Shown piece by piece: positions 50,153-62,668 of a DNA stretch of 64,000 bases (within the stretch, counting starts at the first letter, position 1; the number at the start of each line of letters is the position of its first letter). The position numbers and the translations under genes are program-made. The stretch is from Anolis carolinensis (lineage: Eukaryota): positions 64,766,782 to 64,830,781 of the forward strand of contig NC_085842.1 of assembly GCF_035594765.1 (NCBI RefSeq), in the 5' to 3' direction. A model generated the notes under the pieces. The model was not told where the DNA came from. It saw nothing but the letters and a program-made list of their open reading frames with translations, and made no database searches.

Positions 50153-53100
50153 ACCAAGCGTGCATTTGCACTGTAGAATTAATGCAGTTTGACACCGCTT
50201 GAACTGTCATGGATCAATGCTATGGACACTACAACTCTACAATATAGATTCACTCTCAGACAAATTAACAAAGCCACTATGCCATGCTGGTTTTACGAGG
50301 ACACAAGTCTGAACCATTGTGCTTCTCTTCATGGCCATAAGGAAAAAACTAGAAACTTATTCTTGCATTTTACATTAACAATAGTTGAACAATATGTCTC
50401 ATTGTTAATCTTAACTATTGTTTATTGACATGGGAAGTGTAATAAACCATAGTTTGAACTTTTCTTGTTTTAATAAAGTTCAAATCTCTTTAATATACAC
50501 CTGAACTGTACAATTTGGACATGGAGGTTTTAAATAAATTCTTGAGTTGTCCCCTTTCCCCTCCTTGACTCCTCTAATTTTTCGTTCCCTTAATTTCTTG
50601 CTCTGTGCTCTTTCTTCCTTTGGCCTTGATAGATAGAAGGAAAGTGCATGAGTGACTTTTACCTTCCAAATATGAGCAGTGAGGTATTTCAGAGACTGAG
50701 AAAGTGACTGCAATTTGCATTATTCTAAAATTAGAATTGACTTTTAGAATCTCTTAGGAGGAAGAGGTTCTGTTTAAGATTTTTTTTTTCATGTGGAATT
50801 AAAACCATGAGTTTGTGCTGGATGTCATCACGCAAAACGTAGCTACAGCATTGCAAACATAATACTGCAATGCAAATAATATTTAAATCAAAGGATTTTA
50901 AAACTGTGTACTCTGTATTAAAATTTGTGTGTGTAAGGGAGAGCAAGAGTGACTGAGTCTTCACCTATGTTAATACAGTACTATTTGTTTTTCCCCTGCA
51001 AACACAAAAGCCAAGGGGGAGGGAATATTTCATAAAAAAATCAATGCTATTGTGTCCTCTGGTCTAAGCCATAAAACAAGAGCAACAGAAACAGTCCCTT
51101 TGAACTTGAAATCCCTTTCTAAGCTGCTGATCTAACCTAAGCAAGAGAGGGAGAATTTACTAGTCAGAAACATTTGTTCCTTTTTCCCCTTTCCAATTTT
51201 TCCATTTTTTTTGAGGGGAAAAGCTCCCTAAGTGAGTTTGATGCTGCACCTCTTCCCATAAATTTTAAAAAAAATATTATTGTAATGTAGGTCAGTGAAC
51301 TGAAGCGCCACCGTACACCATGGAGGATTAAAGTTAGAAAGGCAACCTTCTTCCACTCCCACTAGGTCATGTGACAATATAAACAAGAAATGCAATGAGC
51401 CTTCAGCTTTTTCTTGACCTAATCCTTTGTTTATGCAGCACTTAAACTGACTTTTGGGGTCGTCTCTGTCTGGCATTAAAGCCCTTAAGCTTTTTGAAGT
51501 TTCCCTGAAGTTAATAAAATTAGTCTGCCCTCATGAGGAGGCCCCTGTCTGCTGCCTAAAAAGAAGAGTATGAATCGGTTGTTGTCTTTTGCAACATTTG
51601 GTTTTTCAACTTCATATTTTATAACTAGAAGAAACGGGAGGAGAGCCTGACACAGAGAGAGAGAACCAAAGCCCACAAGACTGCTCAGTTAATGGGCAAA
51701 GTGATTGCTGTAGGAGATGTTCAGAACATTCAAAGGGAATTAAGGAAGAATCCAGTGATTGGAGTTAAATTGCTGGTACAATAATACGAGTTGGGTTTCA
51801 GTGGGAGCAGATAATAAGCTTTTGTAAAACGTATCGAAAGCAGGAGAGGACTATGTTAAAATAAAGACAATTTTGAACACAATAATTGTTCACACTAGGA
51901 AAAATGTGACATTTCTCAAGTGTGTCTCTTTTTCAAGATAAAGGTCATGCCCCCATAGTCTCTAATAACTAGCTAGTGAACATGGACCTAAGGTATGGAG
52001 GCAGACAGAGAGGATGTCCTTTCCTCTCAAATTCAAAAATAATCTATATAATTAGGCCAGGTAATATTTTATACTTCGTGTAAACTGTAAAACAAAACTA
52101 AGAATAGACACTGTTTATCATCTCATGGGCAAAAGGAGATGTGGTCACTGTTCATGCATGTATTTAAACCAGACATAAAACAAGCTTATTACTATTGATA
52201 CTCTGGTTTTATAATTGCAGAACTTCAGCTTCTTGATAGTTACTTGTTTTCTCTGTGTTTTGCCAGTTTTTTTTTTGAAAACTACTGGAAGCTACCTGCT
52301 GTTTCCATTGTTGCTGATGAACACTGAATTGTATTAATATTTTTAATTATTGTCGGTTGTTTGGGGGTGATTGCTTGAAAAGCGGGATATAAATGGAGGG
52401 ACAACAATGTCATAATCAAATATTCTTCCATATCCTACTCCCTACCCCCATTTTGTAACCATCTTATGATTTCACGGAAAGCGGTGCATGTCCTAGGGAG
52501 CAAATGAATTGGCTCCTAAACTATATTTTAAAAGATATTTGAGGACAACCACCACTAGTGACAACTGTTGACTTGGCCTTTGAAGCAAGTCTTGTAGTAA
52601 TTCTGTTCTGTGAACCCCATGAAATTTGTACAAACTATTTTGAAGAAATTCGTTATTTTACCAGCCATCCAGATTAGCCAGAATTCTGTGCAAGTTCTAA
52701 ACTTGCAGCCTAAATTTTAAATGCCATTCATAAAAGGATTCACCTGTTTTGTTCAGTGTTTCTTATGCTGGGTTATCATTGTGAAATAGAGCTGCATTGC
52801 TGATTTTAATGAAGAATTTAATAATAGCTTTCCCCTCAATAAGGCAACGTTTTCTTATTTCTTTGCATGTCAAGACTCTTGTTATGACACAGAGGCACCG
52901 TGACTTCAGGGGTTAGTAGCATATGAAGATATTCACACCTTGGGGATTAGGCTCACTTGATTGCTCTTTGCCTTGCCAGTGCCCCAGGGAGGGTCCTTTA
53001 TCTTTCCCTGTGCAAGGAGCTTGCTGCCTCTTGTACCTGATTGCTTAATTATGAATCCAAATTTGGAATGATGACTCCCACTGGTTTTATAATTCTTTTA

Positions 53101-54146
53101 AATTAAAATTCAATACAGGTGGTTAAAGACATGAGGTTGAACAAATCAACATGATGACAAACTCCTTTCAGAGCTGAATTTTAAAAAGCGGTGTTGGAAA
53201 CAGTTTGCCTTATCCAGGCAGGTACAAGGATCTGTGTAAATGAAGGCATCGTAAAGGTGAAAGTTGTCGCTATACTTGCAGTGCCAAGTGTCTGAGAACT
53301 TTGTAGCCCAGGAATGTAATGGTTAGCTCAAACCAGAGTATTAGCATCTCCTTGCTCTTGAATCTTGATTCTTATTATGTCCTTAATATTATTTTGTCAC
53401 ATAACATAACGGTAGAAGACAGAATTGGCAGCATTTCTTTACTGTGCAATTTATAAAAGTGCTCCAGCTCCTTTGTGTGTCTAGATTTCTCACTTTTTAT
53501 CCCTATGACACTAAAATCCATGTCCTATTTTTTAGCACTCCAGATCTCCCTTATGTCTTCTTTCCCAACCATCAATGCATGGTGAAGATTCCTAGACTTT
53601 CTTAAAAACATTTTGGTAAAATCTTTCACTATTCCTTTTCCCACCAATCATTGTTTTCATACTATCTTGTTTTTCATTCAGCTGCTGTCTGTTTAATCGT
53701 TCTCCCTTTAAACCAGTGTCTCATGATCAGCTTGCCAATTTTTCCTGTCTTTCTGTATAACCCATGGTCTCTTCTGACTTTGAATACTTCTGGCTTCTTC
53801 AAAACACCTCCTACTCTCACCTATTGTGTTTTGCTTCATTTGCTCCTCCTGCCTTTTTCTTTAAACTGTCCCAATAATTTACTCAGTTTTCTTTTTCTCT
53901 GATTCTATATCTTCTTATTAGTTACATTATGAAGAATCTAAAGTCTTTTACTCATGATTTTCTTGTTCTTATCCCTCGGACTGTGCAGTAAACCTATCTT
54001 TTGAGCCATTGCTGTATCTTAAGCATTCCTTGTAATTAGACTAAGCCAGAAATGAGGGTAGAGGCCCTGTCACTGTTGGTACCATATAATAATTTTTTTT
54101 TAAAAAAAAATCAAGAACTCTGAGATATTTCTGCTTTTATTTCTAG

Positions 54147-54303
54147 CTCTGTGATGATTACAGTGTTATTGGCCGTTCACTGTTTAAAAAAGAAACCAAC
54201 ATCCAGATTTTTGTGGGGCTGAAAGTCAAGTTATCTACAGGAGAAGAAGGCTTAATAGAAGGTGGATTTGGACAGAGTGGAAAGTTTAAAATTCGCATTC
54301 CAG
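54147..54303 (+). CDS. EEFSEC: EEFSEC next coding exon (equivalent to human exon 6; start of domain 4), 157 nt
   Basis: TTTCTAG acceptor; CAG|GTAACT donor. Encodes LCDDYSVIGRSLFKKETNIQIFVGLKVKLSTGEEGLIEGGFGQSGKFKIRIP(G), in frame with the previous exon. Confidence 0.96.
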
Positions 54304-55305
54304 GTAACTATTTATTTCTGTTGTTTACATTCATTCAGACTATTTCTAATAACCTTAAAGATTCTGATGAACCAATCATAATATGCTTTAAGAGTCATCT
54401 GTGGGACACAAACAAGTAGGTATTGTAAAGTTGACTCATGTGAAGGGTTATGTTTAAGACTGAAACCAAAGGGTGTCACTTCACTGAGTATTTACAATCC
54501 CTGAGAAATGTATATTTTAAAATAAGTTTTCAAGAAGGGAGTACAGTGAACAGGGCAGCAGGGGTTTGCAGAATAACCATACTCTCCTCACCTGATGAAC
54601 AGGTGGGGTGGCTGAGCTGAACAAGACACTATCCTCTCTGAATTATTCACATAGTGCAATCTGATGAGTACAGCATTTTCATGCTTAGATCTTAGTCTGG
54701 TTGATAGCCCCAACTGAAGATTTACTGAATTAGTAGGAACTTTCTTGATTCAGTGAGCCTGCTGTACTCAGAACTAACAGCTAGATTTAGCCCGTACTAT
54801 CTCACAAGTGAAAAGGACAACGATTTAATGGCTGAAAATGCTTGAAAAGGGAAGAACTGTCCTTGATCATTTTTTAAAAAATCATTTCTGTTTTTAGGCT
54901 TGTAATGTTCATGAACAGTGATGTAGTACAGCCCTAAGACGACGTTTATTTATTGAATGCATATTGTATAGTAATTCACATAACACAAAAATAGGAGGCA
55001 GTCTTTGTCTCTCTTCTTACATTCTAAGGACTTTTTCCCATTCATAACAGCCTACCACAGATTATAAAGACAATGCAAATAAGTGTAAGATATCGCTTCT
55101 CTGCTTTGTCACAGAAAGGTTACTTTCAGGTAGGTCACTATAACTAATCTAATGTTGGAGAACAGCCCTCTAGAACTGTTTTTCAAGGGGATTTACTAGG
55201 AGCAGAAAATACTAACCAGAGTTATATTATGTTGGGACAGCTTTATTGTTCTCTGCAGGAATTACTCTCTTTAATTTAGCCAGTAATGTTACCCTAAGTA
55301 TAAAC

Positions 55306-55714
55306 CAGTGATTCCCAAAGTGGGCGCTGATGGGGCTGAACCTCTATACCCCACCCCCGTGTTCTAACAAGCACCTCAGGGGAAGTATACAGAGACTCAG
55401 CCCTGTCTCGCGCTCTTGAAAAGAGGCCCCACCTCTGCCCCTAGCCCCGCCCTTTAGTCCTAAAAGGCCTTTCAAGAGGGATATAGAGGCTCAGCCCTGT
55501 CTCGGGCTCTTGGGAAGAAGCCACGCCCACTCCTCTAGCTCCACCCCCTGTGTCCTAACAGGCACCTCAGGTGCTCAGCCATGTCTCCGGCACTTGGGAA
55601 GAGGTCCCGCCCCTCTCCTGGCCCCGCCTCATGTCCTAATAGGTGCCATCACCACCCCCCTGGATTGCTGCAGCGCCCACCAGGGAGCGGTAGCACCCAC
55701 TTTGGGAATCACTG
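55306..55714. mobile_element. hAT-like non-autonomous element with internal GC-rich repeats
   Basis: 19-bp TIR CAGTGATTCCCAAAGTGGG; flanks do not form a matching TSD. Confidence 0.75.
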
Positions 55715-58344
55715 CTTTATTAGATGGTTTGATTTTCAAGAGAATGTTTTAAAAAGTTAATTTTTACTGTTTTTCCTCAAATATTTACTAGGAGGAATTA
55801 ATATTCTGCTGAAAGTTACTTACCACCCAACCCTTGTTTGGGAGCACTGTCTCCTCCTTTACAATTAAACAAACAAAAAAAAGAGTCTGAATCTATGCTT
55901 TTTGCCTGGCTGTTTTAAACAGAAGCTGCAAATTAAATGAGGAGAATTATTTGTTTAGCCATGAAGGTTAGCTAGGCAGACAAAGAAGGGGATTTCCCAA
56001 ATTCTGAAATTAAGCTTCATTTTCTGTTGGAGCTAAATAAATTAACTCTTCTGAATCAGTTCACACATAATGTTCCTGGCTGAATAAAACATGGCTTGTA
56101 TAGCCGAGAATAAGAGTCAGTCTTGTATATTCCTCTTACCTCTCCATCTTCTTTAACCTTTGTTTCCCATTATATCCAAAATTTGGAATTTATTTTTAAT
56201 GATGCTTTTTTAACAGTTTATATATATGGAGAAAGCTACCTTATCACTTGTGATACCTGATGAGTATCTATTTCCTGTTTTCAGTCAAAATAAAAATTAT
56301 TGTGGAAGAGACATTAATATATAGAAATGGTTAGTAATGGGCATTGGCTTAAGTACTGTTTTCCCCCCCCAAGGAAAGCTATTCATTAATGTATATATTT
56401 AAATTATATTTACACTGCCTTTCTAGCAAAATCGTCCCCAAGCACAATCAGGACTATATTCTAAATTCCAAAGCAAAACCTGAAATCTTTGAAAATTTGA
56501 AGAGGTCAAATTAACATTTCATTATTATATAATATATGCATATAACTGTGTGTGTGTGTGTGTGTATTTATGCATTTTTCCTGAAATCTTACATTTTATT
56601 GATGTATTTAATTTTGGATTCTTTTACTTTATATATTATAATTTAAATTATGACTTTGACTAACTGCCTCTTGTTTCTTGTATGATCTTTATAGATGAAG
56701 CAATTTTAAAATAGGGTTTGTTGATGCCTTTCACACAATCTGGGTTTTTCTAGATAGGTAATAAGCAATGTTCTTTTTATTTATTTCTTTTTTGCAAGAG
56801 AAGAGTTTTGTTAGCTTATTTCATGGACCATGGTGTTCCAATTATTCTGAATCATTACAGTATAATATGCATTTGACATACTAATTTTGAAATGTAATCT
56901 ATCCTGTTATTTAACTCTCTAAACCAAAAATTCTGAGAACTTGTGAAAATTAAATCCTATTGTTATTTGTAAACCAAGACAGAATATTCATGAAAATACT
57001 GGCTCCTTTATATTATGTTTAAGGGGAATCCAGTAGATGGGTCTGTGAGACTTTCAGGGATTTTGTTTGTGGACAGTGCTTTGGATCTAAAGATCCTAGT
57101 GTACAAATAGAAAGTGTTTCTACTCATACAGGACAGGGCATTAATGTTCATTGATTACAACTCCCATTAGAGCTCTCCATGGCACATATCATGCATTATT
57201 GGTGCTTTGGAGCAATTGAGGAAGGACTACAGTGGGTAGGGGGTACTTGTAAATATTTCATAGCAACAAACATACTGAGCTGCAAAGCTTTACAACATAT
57301 AGCTCAGTTACTGAGCGAACAGAATGCTAAGGGATCTTGTGACTGAGTAGAAAGAAGTTAGTAGCAAAACTGTTCTTAAACGTAAGTCTACTTCTTCTGA
57401 CGAAAGGAGTGAACAGATATTTACGAGCAGACTGTATCTGTGCATAGCCATAGAAATGCAAAATTTGAGGATATGCTGATAAGGTGACAAGCTGAGTTTT
57501 ACTGAAAACAGAGTTGGGGATGCTCAGCTATATTATACAGGTTCATCTTGTTTAGTAAGCAATCCACCACAAATATAAAACTATTCTAATAAAGAAAATC
57601 AAATCACTAGCCAAACACAAAAGGGAAAGAAAAGACAAAACAAAACAGGACCAAACAGAACAAAAGTAAAATAGAAACATACAGATAAAACCTTACAGAA
57701 ACAGAAATACACATCTGGCTACGATATTATCATAGGCCTCTTGCCGTCAAGGTTGATTCAATTGAAAACAAATTGATTTAAATCATTCCTCTGAATTATT
57801 CCTTCTGAGTTTTCATTATTTAAAATCACAATGAAGAACTAGTGACTAGTGAATAATGTAATTCTATTTAATTATTTTTAGTAGAAGTAGTACCTTATTG
57901 TTTACTATAACCTGAGCATAGATTTTATTAAAAGGTAGGTACATATTAACCAATCGTTATGTATTGTTTTCAGTTTATTTTTAATTCATTAAAAATTGAA
58001 CCACTTATATTTCTACCCAGATTCCTCCTCCTTGTTCAAACTTATTCCATTCCAAATTCTCTGTTCATTGACATTCTATGTCTTTGCACTTAGAGAGAGG
58101 TAAGGAGCACAGCCACCAAGGTTGGTGGGTGGTTGTCCGGGTGGGGGGAGCCCGGTAGCAGACACCTCTCCCTGTGAGATAGAGTGAGGGGGAAGCCAGG
58201 TGATGTGGGGCAATGGGTTTCCCATACCCCACACCAGGCCCCACCAGATTTGCCACGATGTGTGGTGAATCCTGGTCTTAATGTTCTAAGAGTCAGTTCT
58301 AGCCATAGGTGGAGGTTCTAAGAGTCAGTTCTAGCCATAGGTGG

Positions 58345-58640
58345 AATGTTTTTTCCTACAATTTGAACCCATTGTTCTGTGTGCTAGTTCTAGAGCAGCA
58401 GAAAACAAGCTTGTCCCTCCCCTCAATGTGACATCCTTTCAGATATTAAAACATGGATATAATGTACCCTCTCGGCCTTCTTTTCTCCAAGCTAAACATA
58501 CCCAGCTCCCCAAGCAACTCCTCATAGGGCTTGGTTTCCAAACTTTTGATCATTTTGGTTGCCTCTCTTTGGACAGGTTATAGCTTGTCAATATCCTTCT
58601 TGAATTGCAGTGTCCATACCTGGACATAGTACTCCAAATG
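58345..58640 (-). mobile_element. CR1 ORF2 fragment
   Basis: Typical CR1 C-terminal remnant (FSLEKRR.RG, YLKGCH). Confidence 0.7.
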
Positions 58641-60882
58641 AGTGATGTTTTCTAACATTGGAGCCAAAGTTTGGGTCAAACATTTTGTCCATGCTCATTT
58701 TGTTTCATATGGGGTTCCTTTCTTTTTTTGTTAATTTATTTATTATCTTATTTTTAGCATACATTAAAGAACACAAATAACAACCAACTGGAATCCAGAG
58801 ATATATTGTTTCATATAAAGAAAACAAAGAAATTGCTGGTACTTATCCTGACAAAAGTTGGAAAAGGTGGATGTTTAAAAGATTCTTACATGGAGGTTTA
58901 ATATTGCCATCATTCATAAAAAGTATACTACGTATCTACATGTTGTTTCTGGATGTTATGTGTAAAAATACCCTAATAGTGAAGAAACATTTACATTGTT
59001 TATGGCAGATGTTGGCTTGTTTAATAAGTCCTTAACTGTAGAGAATAGTTTTCATGAAAAAAATCCCGTATTTCATTTAGAATTTATCAGACAACAGGTA
59101 TATTCTTAGACTGAATGAATCATTGCAACAATGCTTCTCAGGATATCTGATGAGGGGGCTGGCAGTTGTTTTCCCTGAATGTGTCAGAGATGGGCACAAT
59201 TTTGCTCCTTTGCTTATTTCTTTTTTTCCTATAAACATGTCAGGGACTTGCAGCTAACGGCTTGGGACCGGTATTGTCCAGGGAACACCACTTTGAGCAG
59301 TACTGGTCTAGAGAACAAGTAAAATGAGTTGTGATTGTCTCTACTTACACCAAGTATTTTTTAACCTCCAAATTGTTTGCTTTTACTGCATGTTCACTTC
59401 TGAACAAAACTAAAGGCGGAACCCATTCTCTTCCATGCTTGTATATCATTTTGATGACTTTGTGCAATGTTACACAATGGAATGAATAGTAAAATATAGC
59501 ATTGCCTGTTTCGGTTCACTAAATTGTTCACTGTAAGGATCATGCTAAGTTTTTAGAAGACAAAACAGAATATTTTAGTTAAAGATCCTTCACACCCACC
59601 TTCTAGCCTGGAGCTTTAGACTTTGCCACCCATTATGCAGGGATAGGGCCCTGAACAAGATAGTTTTGTAGAATCAAAATGGAATGGTCTTTAGAAAATA
59701 ATAGCATAATTAGGAAATTGCTAGGTGTCTCTCTTTCTGTTAAACAGTTACCAGCATTTCAGTGGAGAGAAGGGTAGTAGGCATGACGTTGTTTGAGTCA
59801 AATACAGTTCACATTCCTTTGTTAGGTCAGTGTTGCTTTTTTAATATGTCTGTATCCTGTTTGTGGTTCTTTTTTAAGAATATATTTTTTATTAAATTTA
59901 GCTCATTACATTCCCCCAACTTCTATTCCTCCCCTATAATATACACAGTTAGATTTCTTAAACTTTCTCCTAGAGTTACTTTCATAAAGGCTTACACATA
60001 TTAACTTTATAAAAATAATTAAATTTGATTTCTTGAAGATTCTTTAAATACTAGTGCATACAAAGTCTCCCACTCCTCATGAATACAATGAGATGTTTAC
60101 ATTGTTGAGGGATGGCTGGAAGCTGAGAAACCTGATAGGTTCTTTTAGATATACATGACATAATTTTTGAGTCCTACTGAAATTGTTGTAGAAAAGAAAA
60201 GAAAAAACCTGTGTAGCAGTGCATACTATGTGTGAATACACAGTGAGGAAATGTGTTCTAATCTGTGAACAATTTTACCATATTGGATAATAATCAGTTA
60301 AAGAACAGCTGATGTTTATTCTTCAAGGCTAAGTACTGGACTTGTCATCTTAAGGCTATAATCCTGTGAACACTTAATTAAATCCAATTGAACCTAATAG
60401 ACTTGTGAGTAGACATGCATATGACTGTACTGCAAAAGTATGTATTTATTTTATGTATTGATTTAGGAACCTTTGAGTGTTGAGCTTCACCCTCTTTACT
60501 GAACATCAGTGCCTTTTTTCTCCATTTCATCTTAGCTCCTTTTCATGCAGCACTCAATAGGCAGCATTTGAAATGCTGTCCTCTCCATTTAGTCACTTCT
60601 AAGCCTGTTTTCTTCTCAATATTTTTCTAGTTTCTTTCCATCATCTTTTCAAAAATGTTTTAAAAAAAGAGGAAAAAAAAGAAGATAAGTGCTTTACAAT
60701 TGGTGTTTTTAAATTCTTTCTATCCAACATCTCTCTTCAAGAAGTGCTCCTCTTGTGGCAAGGACTCTCTCCCATGGACAGACAAGCAAACAATCCCAGC
60801 TCCTTCTTTGCCTTGGATTACGAGTTGCTTCAATATCTTGAAGGCAATAAACGAGTTGCTTCAATATCTTGAAGGCAGCAGT

Positions 60883-61057
60883 TCTGATCTTGGAAACTAA
60901 GCAGGATCAGACCTGGAAACTACCAAGAAATGCCAGGTGATACAGGCTGTATTCAAAGGAAGGCAGTGGTAAATCACCTGTGAGTACTACTCACCTAAGG
61001 AAAGCCGATGAAATTCATGAGGTTAGCATTTGTTGGCAGGTAAATTGAAGGCATGTA
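60883..61057 (+). mobile_element. 5S rRNA-derived SINE (degenerate)
   Basis: TCTGATCTTGGAAACTAAGCAGGATCAGACCTGG resembles 5S TCTGATCTCGGAAGCTAAGCAGGGTCGGGCCTGG; followed by a non-5S tail. Confidence 0.7.
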
Positions 61058-61197
61058 CCATATATACTTGAGTATGAACTGACCCAAATATAAGCCAAGG
61101 CACCTAATTTTACCACAAAAAACTGGGAAAACGTATTGACTCAAGTATAAGCTGAGAGTGGGAAATGCAGCAGCTATTGGTAAATTTCAAAAATAAA
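61058..61197. mobile_element. MITE family B terminal fragment
   Basis: Reverse-complement match to ~20640-20750. Confidence 0.75.
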
Positions 61198-61252
61198 CAT
61201 GGTCTCTGCCTCTTTCTTTCCTTCTTTCCTGTCTGTTTGCTTTGCTTTCTCT

Positions 61253-61490
61253 ATCCGTCCTGAGCCCAGTTCTGTACAACATCTTTATTAATGACTTAGA
61301 TGAAGGGTTAGAAGGCTTGATCATCAAGTTTGCAGGCAACAACAAATTGGGAGGGATAGCTAATACTCCAGAATGTAGGAGAAGAATTCAAAATGATCTT
61401 GACAGATTAGAGAGATGGGCCAAAACCAACAAAATGAAGTTCAACAGGGACAAATGTAAGATGCTCCACTTAGGCAGAAAAAATGAAGTG
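61253..61490 (+). mobile_element. CR1 RT fragment
   Basis: SVLSPVLYNIFINDLDEG..KFA..IQNDLDRLERWA..MKFNRDKCK. Confidence 0.85.
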
Positions 61491-61498
61491 TATTATTA

Positions 61499-61596
61499 GA
61501 GACTGGGTTGCCACTTTTTGGGGCTTTTATTGTGGTGTTCCTGCATGAAAGCAGGAGGGGGTTAGACTACATGACCGTTGGGAGTCTCTTCTGACA

Positions 61597-61648
<52 letters not shown>

Positions 61649-62215
61649 GGCTGGGTTGCCACTTTTTGGGGCATTTTTGTGGTTTTCCTGCATGGGAGCA
61701 GGGGGCGGGTTGGACTTCATGGCCTTTGGGGGTCTCTTCTTACATTATAATCATCATCATCATCGGCTGGGTTGCCACTTGTTGGGGCTTTTATTGTAGT
61801 TTTCCTGCATGGGAGCTGGAAGGGGTTGGACTACATGGCTTTTGGGGGTGTCCTACATCATCATCATCATCATCATCAGAGGCTGGGTTGCCACTTTTTG
61901 GGGCATTTTTGTGGCTTTCCTGCATGGGAGCAGGGGGGCGGGTTGGACTTCATGGCCTTTTGGGGGTCTCTTCTTATATCATCATCATCATCATCATCAT
62001 CGGCTGGGTTGCCACTTGTTGGGGCTTTTATTGTAGTTTTCCTGCATGGGAGCTGGAAGGGGTTGGACTACATGGCTTTTGGGGGTGTCCTACATCATCA
62101 TCATCATCATCAGAGGCTGGGTTGCCACTTTTTGGGGCTTTTATGGTGCTTTTCCTGCATGGGAGCAGGAGGAGGTTGGACTACATGGCCGTTTTGGGTC
62201 TCTTCCTACTCTATT
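61499..62215 (+). repeat. Tandem array of six ~95-bp CR1-3'-end-like units separated by (TAT)n/(CAT)n
   Basis: Units start ~61500, 61649, 61765, 61881, 62002, 62115; dimeric period ~235 bp. Confidence 0.9.
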
Positions 62216-62239
62216 ATTACCTCGACGGAGCATGCCTTC

Positions 62240-62668
62240 TCTTGAAATCCACAAGCATGTAGACAATTTTTACAGAATGGAGAAAACCATGAAAATGAAC
62301 AAAATCTGGCTACCAGTATTAATAAAACCTCTGAAATCAGAACAGTAAATAAAAAGCAAGACTCAAAAATCAGGGTAATTCCAAACAAGAATCAATCAGT
62401 AAGTGAGGTTTATATATCTGTGGAATATCCAGGGTGGGGAAAAAACTCTTGCCTGCTTGAGGTACATGTGAATGTTGCAATTAGCCACCCTGATTAACAT
62501 TTTAATGGCCCACAGTTTCAAGGCCTGGCTGGTAGCTGCCTGGGGGAATCCTTTGTTGGGAGGTGTTAGCTAACATCTCCCAACAAAGGATTCCCCTAGG
62601 CAGGAAGCAGCCAGGCTTTGAAGCTGCAAGCCCATTCAATACTAATTAAGGTGGCCAATTTCAACATG
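62240..62668. mobile_element. Rearranged Penelope fragments
   Basis: EIHKHVDNF..KMNKIWLPVL remnant, followed by a local inverted repeat centred ~62570. Confidence 0.75.

Noticed and set aside
54304-54419. Tail of the 68-aa ORF
   Set aside because: Intronic read-through beyond the donor.
60883-60950. 5S rRNA gene
   Set aside because: Truncated, degenerate and fused to a SINE tail.
61499-62215. CRISPR-like repeat/spacer array and poly-His/Ile/Ser ORFs
   Set aside because: Repeats are ~95 bp, spacers are microsatellites, there are no cas genes, and the context is a vertebrate intron. The ORFs are by-products of the repeat.
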